A stretch of DNA of 64,000 bases from Nitrospirota bacterium (GCA_963721805.1 CAVRJY010000001.1:1056001-1120000), one strand, 5' to 3'; shown: positions 19,940 through 31,564, counted from the first letter of the stretch. The notes: generated by a model not told the origin, from the sequence alone. Program-made: numbers and translations.

Positions 19940-21325
19940 TTATCTACCTAGCGTATCCATGCTGGTAGAGCTTTCGAGCATGAGCCGCGCTATCGCCACG
20001 AGGCGTTCGGCTTGCTTTGAGGCCACGGATGCGCGCGCGCCATCGAGCGCGGCCTGCGCATCGAGGAGTTCCGAGAGCGTCGAGAGCCCGTTTTCGTACC
20101 GGGTCATCACGAGCCTGCGCGCCTCGGCCGAGAGGGCCTCCCGGCTCTGCTCGAGCTCGACCGCGCTCGCCGATACATTGACGTTCGAGTATGCCTCTCT
20201 CACGCGGAACTCCGCCTCGTGCTGCGCCGAGTCGAGCCTCGATGCCGCCTCGGCGGCCCGCTCGCGCGCGGCCTTCAGCTCGCCAAGACGGGAGCCACCG
20301 TTTAAGAGGTCCCACCTCAGCGCGACCCCGACCATGAAACTCTTGCCCTCGTCCCCGAATGCGGTCTCGTGGTCATTCATCTGGTACGTGCCGCTTAAGC
20401 CCAGGGTCGGCAGGAACCTGGAGCGCGCGAGACCCGTTGAGAGCTCGGCGCCCTTAACCCTGATTGCTTCGGCCTTGAGGTCCGGCCTCTGCGCTACCTG
20501 CGCGACATATGCGTCGAGCTTGTCGACAGGGTGGGGCGCAACCGGGCCAGCTATGTCCACCGGGCCGTCCAGCCCCAGGGCGAGCCCCAGCGCCAACTTC
20601 GCGTTTGAGTTCATCGCGCTTGCCCGGACCATGCGCTCCTCGGCGTCCTTTATCGCGGCATCGGTGCGAAGCACGTCGGCCTGCAGCCCCATGCCGGTAT
20701 CGAGCCTGAGCCCGGCGACCCTGCGCGCCTCCCTTGCGTCGTCGAGTGCCTGCCCCGCGGCGTTGATGAACGCGGCCGAGGCCTGCACCCCGACATACGC
20801 CTCCACCGCGCGGTATGCCGCCTCGTCCCGGCTGCGGGCGAGGTCCGAGCCGCGGGCCTCGGTCTCGTTATTGGCTATCCGGAGCCCTATGACGGCCTGC
20901 GGGGCGAACAGGACCTGTTCCACGCCGAGCGAGGTCTGGTAATCGTTTATGGGGCTTGGATGGTTGAGCGAGCCTATCGCGAAGTCCGCTGCCGTGAAAC
21001 GGCCCTCGGAGAGCTTCGACGCAAACACGTAAGAGGGGTTGTCGGTGCGCATGAACCGCTCTTCCATATACACGCGGGGCAGGAGCGCTCCGCGCGCCGC
21101 GGCAGCCTCCCCGACCCCGGCCTCGCGCGCATGCTCCATCGCACGCACGAGCGGGCCCTGAGTCCGCGCCAGCCCCACCGCCTCTTCGACCGTCACCCGG
21201 CGCATGGCGGTCTCGGCTGAGGCCGAATGAGGGTCCATGCCGAAAAACGCCAGCGCCAACGCTATCGTGGCCGAAAGCGCACACCAGTGCGACCAGCTCG
21301 CTTGCTTAAATCCCGTGCCCTTCAT
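19940..21325 (-). CDS. TolC-family outer membrane efflux protein
   Basis: OEP repeats (RPDLKA, RYENGLSTLSELLDAQ); first gene of the RND operon. Confidence 0.9.
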   Translation of the reverse strand: MKGTGFKQASWSHWCALSATIALALAFFGMDPHSASAETAMRRVTVEEAVGLARTQGPLVRAMEHAREAGVGEAAAARGALLPRVYMEERFMRTDNPSYVFASKLSEGRFTAADFAIGSLNHPSPINDYQTSLGVEQVLFAPQAVIGLRIANNETEARGSDLARSRDEAAYRAVEAYVGVQASAAFINAAGQALDDAREARRVAGLRLDTGMGLQADVLRTDAAIKDAEERMVRASAMNSNAKLALGLALGLDGPVDIAGPVAPHPVDKLDAYVAQVAQRPDLKAEAIRVKGAELSTGLARSRFLPTLGLSGTYQMNDHETAFGDEGKSFMVGVALRWDLLNGGSRLGELKAARERAAEAASRLDSAQHEAEFRVREAYSNVNVSASAVELEQSREALSAEARRLVMTRYENGLSTLSELLDAQAALDGARASVASKQAERLVAIARLMLESSTSMDTLGR

Positions 21326-21529
21326 TTCGCCTCCGCGGAAATCATATAAACAAATTGTAATATGATTATCCTAAAAAGTCAAGTGCCCCTCCCGCAAAGC
21401 CGCCGGGGCCGGTCATTGTATTGAGCTGCATCGGCGGGGGGAAGGCATCTCCGGGGGCGGCGGGCGCAGGTGTGGCGGCCTCATAAGACGAGGCTCGCAA
21501 CCGGCTGGATGCAAGCAGCAATGAAGGGC

Positions 21530-21988
21530 CTAGCGTCTCCTCCATCCGGCCCATGCCGGAAATCCGTTTTCGTCCCTGAGCCTCAGCGTCTCAGCGCCCT
21601 TCTTGATCTCGGAGGCGATTATTGCAGGTTTCCCCTCAAAGCTCACCCTCGAGCCCTTGACCTCGATCTTGTCACCGTGCTCGATCTTGACGTCCTGGTT
21701 TCCGAGGTACCACTCCGGGCCGAGGTGCACGGATATCGTCTCGTTCGCGGTCCTGAGCGTGAGGTGCACGCCGTAATGCATGCCCTTCATCGGCCTGACC
21801 TTGTCTATGCTTACGACCTCCCCGCTGACCGTCTCGACGGTCTTCGGATCGTACATGCGGTTAAACTGTCCGTTAGCGCCCCAGCCTCCGCTGCCCCTCC
21901 ACATCATCCCGTTCTGGGCATAGGAATCGGCAGCTATGCAAAGTCCCAAGATAAGCGCAAACGCCAATAAAGTTGAAATCCTTCTCAT
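21530..21988 (-). CDS. Periplasmic OB-fold-like hypothetical protein
   Basis: Signal peptide, then YDPKTVETVSGEV...VHLGPEWY...IEVKGS. Confidence 0.7.
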   Translation of the reverse strand: MRRISTLLAFALILGLCIAADSYAQNGMMWRGSGGWGANGQFNRMYDPKTVETVSGEVVSIDKVRPMKGMHYGVHLTLRTANETISVHLGPEWYLGNQDVKIEHGDKIEVKGSRVSFEGKPAIIASEIKKGAETLRLRDENGFPAWAGWRRR

Positions 21989-22160
21989 GATGTCTCCTTT
22001 CGGTCTGTTGCTGTTATAGCGAATTCCTCATGCTAAAGAGGTTCGGAGGTTCTAAAGTTATAATTATCACACTTCAGAGGTGGTGTCAATGGAAGGGCAT
22101 GTTCTCAGAGAATACGGCGGGAGTCCCTGGGCATATGTGTTCTGCGTATTCCGGGACAAT

Positions 22161-22195
22161 AAAAAAAGGGGCCGCGATATCCTCGCAACCCCTTC
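22161..22195 (-). terminator. Rho-independent terminator after the tRNA pair
   Basis: GGGGTTGCGA-loop-TCGCGGCCCC followed by T7. Confidence 0.85.
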
Positions 22196-22203
22196 AATTT
22201 AAG

Positions 22204-22276
<73 letters not shown>

Positions 22277-22358
22277 TGCGTGAACATTGTAAACCACCGC
22301 GGTGCATCTATTCAACCAGCATGGCGCGGTCACCCGGTGCTCATGCCCAGCGTGCATA

Positions 22359-22434
22359 TGGCGCGCCTGAGAGGGTTCGAACCTCCGACCCTTGGCTTCG
22401 GAGGCCAATGCTCTATCCACTGAGCTACAGGCGC
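22359..22434 (-). tRNA. tRNA-Arg(CCG)
   Basis: GCGCCTGTAGCTCAGTGGATAGAGC, TTGGCCT-CCG-AAGCCAA, GTTCGAACC, ends in CCA. Confidence 0.95.
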
Positions 22435-22487
22435 ATCAGACCCCTATATTCCCATATCAAGGGCCTAAAAATCAAACCGCGCGCGAC

Positions 22488-24296
22488 CTACGATTCCCGC
22501 ACCTTCGGGCGCTTGCCGGCCTCGAGGATTTTCTTCCTGAGCCGGATGGAATTCGGCGTGACCTCGACGAGTTCGTCTTCCTTTATGAACTCCATCGCGT
22601 TCTCCAGGCTCATGGCGCGCGGCGGCACGAGCTGCAGTGCCTCGTCGGTGCCGGAGGCGCGCATGTTGGTGAGCTTCTTTTCCTTCGTCACGTTGACGTC
22701 GAGGTCGTTCTCGCGCGAGTTCTCGCCTACGACCATGCCCTCGTAGACCGGGACGGTCTCGGCGACGAAGAGCGTGCCGCGCGGCTGCAGATGAAACAGC
22801 GCGTACATCGTGGTCTTGCCCGAGCGGTCGGATACGAGCGCGCCGTTTTTGCGCTTGCTCATCGCGCCGTGCCAGGGTTCGTAGCCGTCGAACATGTGGT
22901 TTAATAGTCCCGTCCCGCGCGTGTCGGTCAGGAACTGCGACCTGAATCCTATAAGCCCGCGCGAGGGGATGCGGAATTCGAGCCTCACCCTGCCGTGGCC
23001 GTGGTTCATCATCTTCATCATCTTGCCCTTGCGCATACCGACCTGCTGAGTCACGACGCCCACGTAGTCCTCGGGCACGTCGATCACGAGCAGCTCCATC
23101 GGCTCGTTCACCACTCCGTTTATCGTCTTGGTGATCGTCTCGGGCATGGCTATGGACATCTCATAGCCCTCGCGCCTCATCATGTCGATCAGGATCGCAA
23201 GCTGTAGCTCGCCGCGCCCCATGACCTTAAACGAGTCCATGCTCTCGAAGTCCACTCGGATCGAGACGTTATAGAGCAGCTCCTTCTCGAGCCTGTCGCG
23301 CAAATTGCGTGAGGTCACGAACTTTCCGTCGCGGCCTGAAAAAGGCGAGGAGTTCACGGAAAACACTATCGAGATCGTGGGCTCGTCCACCGTGATGCGC
23401 GGCAGCGGCTTCGGGGTCTCGGCGCTCGTGATCGTATCGCCTATCGTGACGTCCTCCATCCCGGAGAGCGCGACAATCTCGCCCATCGAGGCCTCTTTGA
23501 CCGACTCGCGCTCGAGGCCCTTGAATATATAGAGCGACGAGATCTTGGTCTTTACGAGCTCGCCCTCGGCGTGTATGTACGCGGCCTGGTCCCCTACGCG
23601 CACCGTGCCCGAAAAAATGCGCCCGATCGCGAGGCGTCCTACGTATTCGCTGTAGTCGATGTTCGTCACCAATATCTGGAGCGTGTCGTCCGGGTCGCCC
23701 TCGGGCGGCGCGACCTTCGCGATGATCACGTCAAAAAGCGGGGTGAGATTAGTCATCGGCTCATCAGGCGTAAGCCCTGCGATGCCGGCCTTGGCGTTCG
23801 TGTATACGATCGGGAAATCGAGCTGCGACTCGTTCGCGTCGAGGTCGATGAACAGGTCATAGACCTCGTTTAAGACCTCCTGTATGCGCGCGTCCGGACG
23901 GTCGATCTTGTTGATGACGAGTATCGGCGGAAGCCCGAGCTCCAGCGCCTTTTTAAGCACGAAGCGGGTCTGGGGCAGGGGGCCCTCCGAGGCGTCCACC
24001 ATCAGGAGCACGCCGTCGACCATCTTGAGCGTGCGCTCGACCTCGCCACCGAAGTCGGCGTGGCCCGGCGTGTCGACGATGTTGATCTTGACGCCGCCGT
24101 ATACGACCGCGGCGTTCTTGGCCATGATCGTAATGCCGCGCTCGCGCTCGAGGTCGATGTTGTCCATTACGCGCTCTTGAACGCGCTCGTTGGCGCGGAA
24201 CGTGCCGGCCTGTCGCAAGAGCCCGTCTACGAGGGTTGTCTTGCCGTGGTCTACGTGGGCTATAATCGCTATGTTACGAATATCGGTTCTTTTCAC
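22488..24296 (-). CDS. typA: Translational GTPase TypA/BipA
   Basis: [44 protein letters not shown]. The GTG start at 24296 is inferred. Confidence 0.95.
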   Translation of the reverse strand: MKRTDIRNIAIIAHVDHGKTTLVDGLLRQAGTFRANERVQERVMDNIDLERERGITIMAKNAAVVYGGVKINIVDTPGHADFGGEVERTLKMVDGVLLMVDASEGPLPQTRFVLKKALELGLPPILVINKIDRPDARIQEVLNEVYDLFIDLDANESQLDFPIVYTNAKAGIAGLTPDEPMTNLTPLFDVIIAKVAPPEGDPDDTLQILVTNIDYSEYVGRLAIGRIFSGTVRVGDQAAYIHAEGELVKTKISSLYIFKGLERESVKEASMGEIVALSGMEDVTIGDTITSAETPKPLPRITVDEPTISIVFSVNSSPFSGRDGKFVTSRNLRDRLEKELLYNVSIRVDFESMDSFKVMGRGELQLAILIDMMRREGYEMSIAMPETITKTINGVVNEPMELLVIDVPEDYVGVVTQQVGMRKGKMMKMMNHGHGRVRLEFRIPSRGLIGFRSQFLTDTRGTGLLNHMFDGYEPWHGAMSKRKNGALVSDRSGKTTMYALFHLQPRGTLFVAETVPVYEGMVVGENSRENDLDVNVTKEKKLTNMRASGTDEALQLVPPRAMSLENAMEFIKEDELVEVTPNSIRLRKKILEAGKRPKVRES

Positions 24297-24358
24297 AACC
24301 GGTAGAATAACCTTTCCGGGGTATATATTACAAATGGCACGATTTCCATGCATATTTC

Positions 24359-24787
24359 AAAGCGCGCCAAATCGCTTGATACGTCGTTGGGCATCGAAGA
24401 CTCGCCCTCTATGTACGTCACAGTACACCATCGGGCGGTCTTCTTGCCCTGCCTTGTCTGAAGCCGATTTGGACGCGCTTTCGGGGGGCACGGACGACGG
24501 ACGCCCCCCGCGCCCCACAAGGTCAACGGCATGATTGGAGGGCCGGTCATAGGTATAGTTATGCATAACGCGCGCGTGTGCGCGCATTTTTTTAGAGCGT
24601 TCGAATGAACAGAGAAAAAACAGTTTAACCTCGCGGATTTCATCGTTTTTTAACGGCTTTCCGTGTTCGGGTGTTCGGATCTGCTATTCGTGCTCTCAAC
24701 TGGCCTCCAGCCTCGTTTCCGCGTCCTCAAATACGACCATATTGGCCTCATGCCGTATTGAAGCACAAATCAAATGAAAAATCGATA
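24359..24787 (-). repeat. Dispersed ~430-bp structured non-coding element, copy B (hairpin 24359-24481)
   Basis: Homologous to 3376-3820. Confidence 0.8.
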
Positions 24788-24919
24788 GTAATTAAAAACA
24801 ATGATTTATAAAAAGTTGAGGCCACGAAAATATTTTTAAACAGTAGTTAATTGATAAGCTATCCGAAGTAAATAAATTAATAAATGTGCAAAGAAAGGGT
24901 GCAAAACTGTTAATGAAGC

Positions 24920-25001
24920 CTACGTCTTCTTGACTTCCGCTCCGGTTTTTGCCGATAGATCGGCGATCAACCCTACGTGCACCGACTCGACCTCGTAATC
25001 C
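24920..25001 (-). repeat. Degenerate copy 3 of the pheT 3' end
   Basis: Translates as EVESVHVGLIADLSAKTGAEVKKT*. Confidence 0.85.
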
Positions 25002-25048
25002 ATAGGCACGCGTATCATCTTTTTGGCGGCCGCATGATATAATTATTA

Positions 25049-25535
<487 letters not shown>

Positions 25536-25551
25536 CGGCGAGAGAAAAACC

Positions 25552-25709
25552 CTACGCTTTTCTTACTTCCGCTCCAGTTTTGGCCGACAGATCAGCAATC
25601 AACCCCGCGTGCACCGACTCGACCTCGTCGTCCGTGAGCGTGCGTTCTGCAAAGCGGTAGCCGATATTAAACCAAGGCTCTTCCTGACCTGCGGGATGAT
25701 TTATGCCCT
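25552..25709 (-). repeat. Degenerate copy 2 of the pheT 3' end
   Basis: Translates as YRFAERTLTDDEVESVHAGLIADLSAKTGAEVRKA*; homology continues upstream with indels. Confidence 0.9.
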
Positions 25710-25781
25710 CTCCTTATTGTGTGATAAGATTAGCCATAAGTGATAAATATGCGATGTTAAACGGAAACTTCAAGATAGAAC

Positions 25782-27074
25782 GTGTTGCCGAGCCTGTGTC
25801 CTTGGCTGCTGCGCGCGCAGAAACGGATGCGAATGATGCCGGATAACGAACAGCCTGAATTCCCTCCAAGGCATGAGCGGCACCGGGTGATTCGCTTCGA
25901 GCCGTCCGTCGGCACCATAATCATCTTGGTCCTCCTGGCCCCCGCGCTATGGGTGCTGAACCGGCTGTTGCCGGTGGTTATGGTGCTCGTGGCGGCCCTC
26001 ATCATCGTCGGCACCGTAAGCCCCGCTGTCCGGTGGCTCGAAAGGCGGCGCATGCGCCGGGGATATGGCATCGCGATCGTCTTCACCGGAATCCTTTTGC
26101 TCACCGTCCTGTTCGTCACGATGACGATCCCCTCGCTTATGGCGCAGGTGACGAACCTTCTGGCCCAGGAACCCGCCTTGCGGGAACGCCTGGCTAACTG
26201 GCTGTCGGGCTACCCCATGACCACCCAACTGGCCGACTTGCTTCGCGACCTGCAGCCCGGCTATCTGATGACGGCGGCCATCTCGAACGCCCTCGAGTTC
26301 TCCCGACGCGTCATCATGGTCTTCGCGTATATAATGAGTTCCGTATTCCTCGCCCTGTATATGATGATCGACCGCGATAGGCTGCGCGGAGGACTCTTTC
26401 TGGTGGTCCCCAGAAGCCACCACATCCGGCTTTCCAGGATCATGATGAACCTTGAAACCATCGTCGGCGGTTATATCCGGGGGCAGGTTATCACCTCCGC
26501 CTTAATGGTCATTTTCGTGTTTTTTCTCCTGAAGGCCTGCGGCATTTCAAACGCCTTGGCCATTGCGGCGTTCGCGGGTGTCGCTGACGTCCTGCCCTAT
26601 GTCGGAGCCCTGCTGTCGGTCGGGGCCACGATGATAGCGGCTATATCCAGCGACCCCGGAGTCATTTTCATAGTGCTGGTGCTGATGCTCGCATATGAGG
26701 AACTGGAGAGCCGCCTGATCATTCCCCGCATCTATGGACGCGAGCTGCGGCTCCCGTCATCCGTGATCCTGTTGTCGCTATTGACCGGGACAGTATTATT
26801 CGGCATCCCCGGGGCGCTTCTCGCGCTTCCGGTGGCGGCCGCGCTGCGGATGCTTATCGAGGAGCTGCGCGTCGAGCTGCCGGGCCAGCAGAAGCAGGCA
26901 GAGGATCTGGAGGTCATGCAACGTGACGTCCTCGGTGAACGGGAATATGAGCGCCGGGCCGAGGGCATGCCAGCCGAGCAGGCCGCCGCCATCGCCATAG
27001 AGATCGCGGTCGGCCGCGATAAGGAAGAGCATAGGCCGCCGCCAACGAAGACGGATGAGCCGCCAATCGAATAG
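25782..27074 (+). CDS. AI-2E (PerM/UPF0118) family transporter; true start probably a downstream Met
   Basis: GGYIRGQ, LPYVG, LIIPRIYG, GALLALPVAA. Confidence 0.9.
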   Translation: MLPSLCPWLLRAQKRMRMMPDNEQPEFPPRHERHRVIRFEPSVGTIIILVLLAPALWVLNRLLPVVMVLVAALIIVGTVSPAVRWLERRRMRRGYGIAIVFTGILLLTVLFVTMTIPSLMAQVTNLLAQEPALRERLANWLSGYPMTTQLADLLRDLQPGYLMTAAISNALEFSRRVIMVFAYIMSSVFLALYMMIDRDRLRGGLFLVVPRSHHIRLSRIMMNLETIVGGYIRGQVITSALMVIFVFFLLKACGISNALAIAAFAGVADVLPYVGALLSVGATMIAAISSDPGVIFIVLVLMLAYEELESRLIIPRIYGRELRLPSSVILLSLLTGTVLFGIPGALLALPVAAALRMLIEELRVELPGQQKQAEDLEVMQRDVLGEREYERRAEGMPAEQAAAIAIEIAVGRDKEEHRPPPTKTDEPPIE

Positions 27075-27115
27075 TTGGTAGCGTCTTCCATGCGCGGTGC
27101 TGTAAAAAGCCCCGA

Positions 27116-29167
27116 CTACGCTTTCCTGACTTCAGCCCCTGTCTTCGCTGAGAGGTCAGCTATCAACCCCGCGTGCACCGTCTCGACCTCGTCGTCCGTA
27201 AGCGTGCGCTCCGCCGAGCGATACCGGATATTAAACGCGAGGCTCTTCTTGCCCTGCGGGATGTTCTTGCCCTTGTATGAGTCAAAGACGTGCGCTCCAG
27301 CAATAAACTCCGACGGATAGGCGCGTATCATGCGCTCGATATCACCTGCGCGCGCGGTCTCGTCGATCAGAAGCGCGATGTCACGCTCTATCGCCGGATA
27401 GCGCGGGATTGGCGTGTATTTCCTGATGCCCCCAAGCGCGAAGCGCAGCGCGTCGATCTCCAGCTCGAACACGAAGACATCCGAGCGCGCCTTCACGTCA
27501 AACGCAGCGACCACGTCGGGGCGGAGCGCGCCTATAAACCCGGCCCTGCGGGGGTCGATCATCACGTCAGCGGCCTTGCCGGGCTGCAAGAAGGGCTCGA
27601 GCGTCGGCGTGAAATCGACCCCGCCGATCTTCATACCAGCGAGCATACCCTCCAGAGCGCCCTTCATCAGGTAGAACTCTTCGGTCGTATCTTTGTACAG
27701 CGAAGGGACCTTCTCGCGGTACAACAGTCCGCCGATGAGCGGGACCTCGTCCGCCTGTATGCCGCCGTTTTTGTAAAACGCCTTCGCGGTCTCAAAGAGA
27801 CGGATATCGCGCATGCCGCGCGAGAAGTTATGGCTGAACGCGCCTATCAGCGCCGGGACGAGTGTGGTGCGTAAGAGTCCGTCTTCCTGCCTTAGCGGGT
27901 TTTGGATAGGCACGCACTCGCGCCGGCGGTCATTGGCCGCGAGCCTCAGCAGATCGAGGTGCGCCGGGTTTAAAAAGCTCAGCGTGATCTGCTCGCTGAA
28001 GCCCTCCTTGCGAAGCAGGGTCTTAACGTCCGAGATAAACGCGCGCTCCGTGAGGTCGGCCTCGGACGCAATGCTCGTCATCGGCATCGCGGAGGGGATG
28101 TTGTTATACCCGTAGAGCCGCGCGACCTCCTCGATCACGTCCGCGTCCATCGTGATATCCGGCCTCGACGAGGGCGGGACGACCTCGAAGCTCTCGCCCA
28201 TTGCCTTAACGCTGTCAGCGACCTTATTAACTATCGCGACGATCTCGTCGTCAGTGAGTTTTATCCCGAGCATCCGGTTGACCTTCTCGAACTTGACGTT
28301 GATCTTAAGCGGCTCGTACTTGGCTGGGTATGCATCGACGAGCGCCCCGGCCATGCCCCCTGCGGTCCCGATGATCAGGCGCGTCACGCGGTCGAGCGCC
28401 GTGGCGACTATCTGTATGTCCGTGCCGCGCTCAAATCTGTATGACGACTCGGTCTTTAGCCCGAGGGCCTTGGAGGTCTTTCTTACGGATTCCGGCCTGA
28501 ACCATGCGCTTTCGATGAACAGGTCGGTCGTCTCTTGGCGGACCTCGCTGTTTAGGCCGCCCATCACGCCCGCGACCGCCACCGGCCGCTCCGCGTCCCA
28601 TATCAGGAGGCTGTCTTCGGGGATCGCGCGCTCGACCTTATCGAGCGTGGCCATCTTGAGTCCGGCCCCCGCGCGGGCAACGCGGATCTTCTGGCCCTTG
28701 AGGTACGCGAGGTCAAACGCGTGCAGCGGGTGGCCGAACTCTAAAAGCACATAGTTGGTGCAGTCCACGACGTTGTTGATCGGCCTGATGCCGCAGATCT
28801 CAAGCCTCTGGCGCATCCACTCGGGGGATTCGCCGATAGTGACGCCGTGTATCACGCGCCCGGTGTATCTGGCGCAGAGGTCGGGGTCGGCTATCTCGAT
28901 TGGGAAGCTTTCATCGCTCTGCTCGGCGACCGCGTGCTCCGGCATCGTGATTGCCGCGCCAGTCAGCGCGTGCACCTCGCGGGCGATTCCCAGTATGCTC
29001 AGGCAGTCAGGGCGGTTCGGGGTGACGTTGACTTCTATCGCCAGATCATCGCCAACCCGCTCCATGCCCTCGACCTCCAGCCCGGCCATCGTGAGGCGCG
29101 CGTCGAGCTCCTCGGGCGTGAGCCCTGCGTCGATGAGTTCCCTCAGCCAGTTATACGATATGCGCAT
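27116..29167 (-). CDS. pheT: Phenylalanine-tRNA ligase beta subunit, short form lacking the B2 OB domain
   Basis: SYNWL..LTMAGLEVE, TPNRPDCLS, SSYRFERG, EEVARLYGY, RTLTDDEV. Confidence 0.95.
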   Translation of the reverse strand: MRISYNWLRELIDAGLTPEELDARLTMAGLEVEGMERVGDDLAIEVNVTPNRPDCLSILGIAREVHALTGAAITMPEHAVAEQSDESFPIEIADPDLCARYTGRVIHGVTIGESPEWMRQRLEICGIRPINNVVDCTNYVLLEFGHPLHAFDLAYLKGQKIRVARAGAGLKMATLDKVERAIPEDSLLIWDAERPVAVAGVMGGLNSEVRQETTDLFIESAWFRPESVRKTSKALGLKTESSYRFERGTDIQIVATALDRVTRLIIGTAGGMAGALVDAYPAKYEPLKINVKFEKVNRMLGIKLTDDEIVAIVNKVADSVKAMGESFEVVPPSSRPDITMDADVIEEVARLYGYNNIPSAMPMTSIASEADLTERAFISDVKTLLRKEGFSEQITLSFLNPAHLDLLRLAANDRRRECVPIQNPLRQEDGLLRTTLVPALIGAFSHNFSRGMRDIRLFETAKAFYKNGGIQADEVPLIGGLLYREKVPSLYKDTTEEFYLMKGALEGMLAGMKIGGVDFTPTLEPFLQPGKAADVMIDPRRAGFIGALRPDVVAAFDVKARSDVFVFELEIDALRFALGGIRKYTPIPRYPAIERDIALLIDETARAGDIERMIRAYPSEFIAGAHVFDSYKGKNIPQGKKSLAFNIRYRSAERTLTDDEVETVHAGLIADLSAKTGAEVRKA

Positions 29168-29254
29168 AGCCGCTATTATATCCGTCCTTGGTGGATTCTC
29201 TCAAGGTGGAGGGGCTGACACAGGCCGGATTTGTGTCATAATAATACGACAGAT

Positions 29255-29461
29255 ATGAGACAGCACCGAGACAGAAGGCTGTATTCCGAGCGGACCGGCA
29301 AGTTCCACGTCCTGTGCCCGCACGCCGAAAAATCCGGCGTCACGACGCACGTCGTGGTCAAGGACGAGATCTGCTACCGCTGCACGGAATGCATGGTCTT
29401 TACATGCCGTTTCCACGCCAAAAACGGTGACGTCGAGACGATACTCTCCGTGGCGTGGTAG
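29255..29461 (+). CDS. Small Cys/His-rich hypothetical protein
   Basis: CPH...CYRCTEC...CRFH; precedes the PPC gene. Confidence 0.5.
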   Translation: MRQHRDRRLYSERTGKFHVLCPHAEKSGVTTHVVVKDEICYRCTECMVFTCRFHAKNGDVETILSVAW

Positions 29462-29486
29462 TCAATTTTATTATGCTGGAGGCGCG

Positions 29487-29924
29487 ATGAATTACAGGAC
29501 AGGCAGACCGGGCAGGGTTATAGTGGCGAGGTTCGAAGACCGTGACGACGTGCTCGGCGGGCTGGTAGATATCGCCCGCAGGGAGAACGTCCGCTGCGGC
29601 GTGGCATACCTGGTGGGCGGGATGAGGGCGGGCAGGTTCGTCGTCGGCCCGCTGGACGAGACGATGCCTCCGAAGCCGGACTGGCGCGAGCTTACAGAGT
29701 CTCACGAGATCATCGGCATAGGCACGATATTCTGGGACGGCGAGACGCCGAAGGTCCACCTGCACGCCGGGTTCGGCAAGCGCGACGAGGTGCGGCTCGG
29801 CTGCATCAGGGAGGGCTCAGAGACGTTCCTCGTGCTCGAGGCCGTGATAATCGAGATCGAGGGGATGGACGGGGCCGTACGCGCAATCGACCCCGCGACC
29901 GGGCTCTCGCTGCTTAAGCTCTAG
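29487..29924 (+). CDS. PPC-domain (DUF296) protein
   Basis: VARFE...HEIIGIGTI...KVHLHAGFG; GGAGG RBS. Confidence 0.85.
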   Translation: MNYRTGRPGRVIVARFEDRDDVLGGLVDIARRENVRCGVAYLVGGMRAGRFVVGPLDETMPPKPDWRELTESHEIIGIGTIFWDGETPKVHLHAGFGKRDEVRLGCIREGSETFLVLEAVIIEIEGMDGAVRAIDPATGLSLLKL

Positions 29925-29994
29925 AGGACTGCGTTCGATAAAAAGCTACGGGATGAGGTGATTAAGCCTCATCCCGTATATTATCGAAGATTGA

Positions 29995-30366
29995 TTATTT
30001 CGATGCCGGTGCTGCAGGAGCTGCCTTCGGTGCTGCTGCCGGTGCTGCCTTGGGGGCAGCCGCCGGAGCCGCTGCCGCTGCCTTCTTCACCACGATCTTC
30101 TTTGCGACCTTCACGCCGCTAGACTCGGTGAACTTCATCGTGACGGTCGAGCCGACCTTCACCTCGCCGGTGATCTTGGTCTTCTTGACGGCGTCAGCGG
30201 TGACCTCTGCGTCCTTGCTCTTGACGGTGATGCTCTTGCCCGCCTCGAACGCGGTCACGTCGCCGGTGATCTGGCCCTTGGGGGCCTTGGTGCTGGTGGC
30301 AAACGATACGGATGCGAACGCGACGAGCATGACTACCGCCGCGAACAACGCTATTGCCTTCTTCAT
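29995..30366 (-). CDS. Secreted Lys/Ala-rich protein with an Ala-Pro-Lys repeat tail
   Basis: Signal peptide, small beta domain, and (AAPAAAPK)n C-terminus. Confidence 0.75.
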   Translation of the reverse strand: MKKAIALFAAVVMLVAFASVSFATSTKAPKGQITGDVTAFEAGKSITVKSKDAEVTADAVKKTKITGEVKVGSTVTMKFTESSGVKVAKKIVVKKAAAAAPAAAPKAAPAAAPKAAPAAPASK

Positions 30367-30451
30367 TGTGTTTCACCTCCTTTCATCAGGAATTATAGGA
30401 TTGGATGTCTTTCGGGTTAGTATTATAGTACAAAGCCTTGAATTTAGGGTG

Positions 30452-31564
30452 CTACTGAAAAATTATCCCGGCGACGGTCTCCCGCCTTCGATCCGAGGCC
30501 GGGGGCGCGATCCCCAGCGAGCCCATCATCATGCGGGTGCGGTCCCCAAGCAGGGCGTCGGATACGATTCTCGCAGGGTTCACCGGGCCGTCCATGATCC
30601 CGCCGGATTTCATCAGCCGGATGAGCGCCTCTCCCGAGCTCTTGTACGGGTACGGGTCGAAACCGGCGCGGCCCGCCTCAAGCGCCTCGCGCACCTGATC
30701 GACCGGGAGCTTTGCCGGGTCGTTTAGCAGCGCGGCAAACGCGTCGTCGCGCTGCGCTCCGGCCTCGCGCAGCCTCGCGCCGGCCTGCAGCGTGGCCGAA
30801 TAGAAGGCCTCGGCCTTCGAGGCGTTAACGAGCATCGTCTCCCTGCGCACGGCGATATAGCAGCACGGATGGCCGTGCCAGAGCTGCGCGCTTGCCGATA
30901 TAACCCGCCCCGCGCCCGAATCAATCGCGGACGTCGCATAGGGCTCAAGCGCCATGCATGCGTCGGCCTCCCCGCGCATAAGCGCCGCAGGGAGATCGGC
31001 CATATCCATCTCGGCCAGCTCGAGGTCCTTCTCGGGATCGAGCCCGGCGCGCATAAGCGCCTCCCTAAGCAGCAGCGTCTGGACGAGATGGGTCCCTCCG
31101 GTCGCGACCTTCCTGCCCTTGAGCCTGCCGGCAGACTGGATCTCGGTGCGCGCCGAGGCCAGCAGGGCGCCGCCTTCGATGCCCGCGACCTGCATCGAGA
31201 CCAGCGGGGTGCGGTTATCCTTATACGGCCCGGTGCCCTGATGGAGCGCGAAAAACAGCGGGCCCGCAAGCTGCGCGGCATGCACGTCTCCCTGCTGAAG
31301 CGAATCGGCCGCATCCGTGTGGGAAGCCATCGGCACCAGTTCGACGTCGATCCCCTGCCGCTCGTAAATCCCCGCCGCCCGCGCGAGCACCAGCGGCAAT
31401 GCGCAGTGCGAGGGCAGGACGACCGCCACCTTAAACGCGCCGGGTCTCGAAGGGGTGGGCCTCCTGGGTGCCTGCCGGGCCGATGGGGTGTTCGATATCG
31501 CCCCGATGGAGGCGGCCGATGCCACGGCCGCGGCCATCACGGCCAGGAATTCACGCCTTGTCAT
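30452..31564 (-). CDS. Tat-exported NrtA/CmpA/SsuA-like ABC substrate-binding protein
   Basis: TRREFL, LKGRKVA, EPYA, WHGHPCC, FDPYPY. Confidence 0.8.
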   Translation of the reverse strand: MTRREFLAVMAAAVASAASIGAISNTPSARQAPRRPTPSRPGAFKVAVVLPSHCALPLVLARAAGIYERQGIDVELVPMASHTDAADSLQQGDVHAAQLAGPLFFALHQGTGPYKDNRTPLVSMQVAGIEGGALLASARTEIQSAGRLKGRKVATGGTHLVQTLLLREALMRAGLDPEKDLELAEMDMADLPAALMRGEADACMALEPYATSAIDSGAGRVISASAQLWHGHPCCYIAVRRETMLVNASKAEAFYSATLQAGARLREAGAQRDDAFAALLNDPAKLPVDQVREALEAGRAGFDPYPYKSSGEALIRLMKSGGIMDGPVNPARIVSDALLGDRTRMMMGSLGIAPPASDRRRETVAGIIFQ

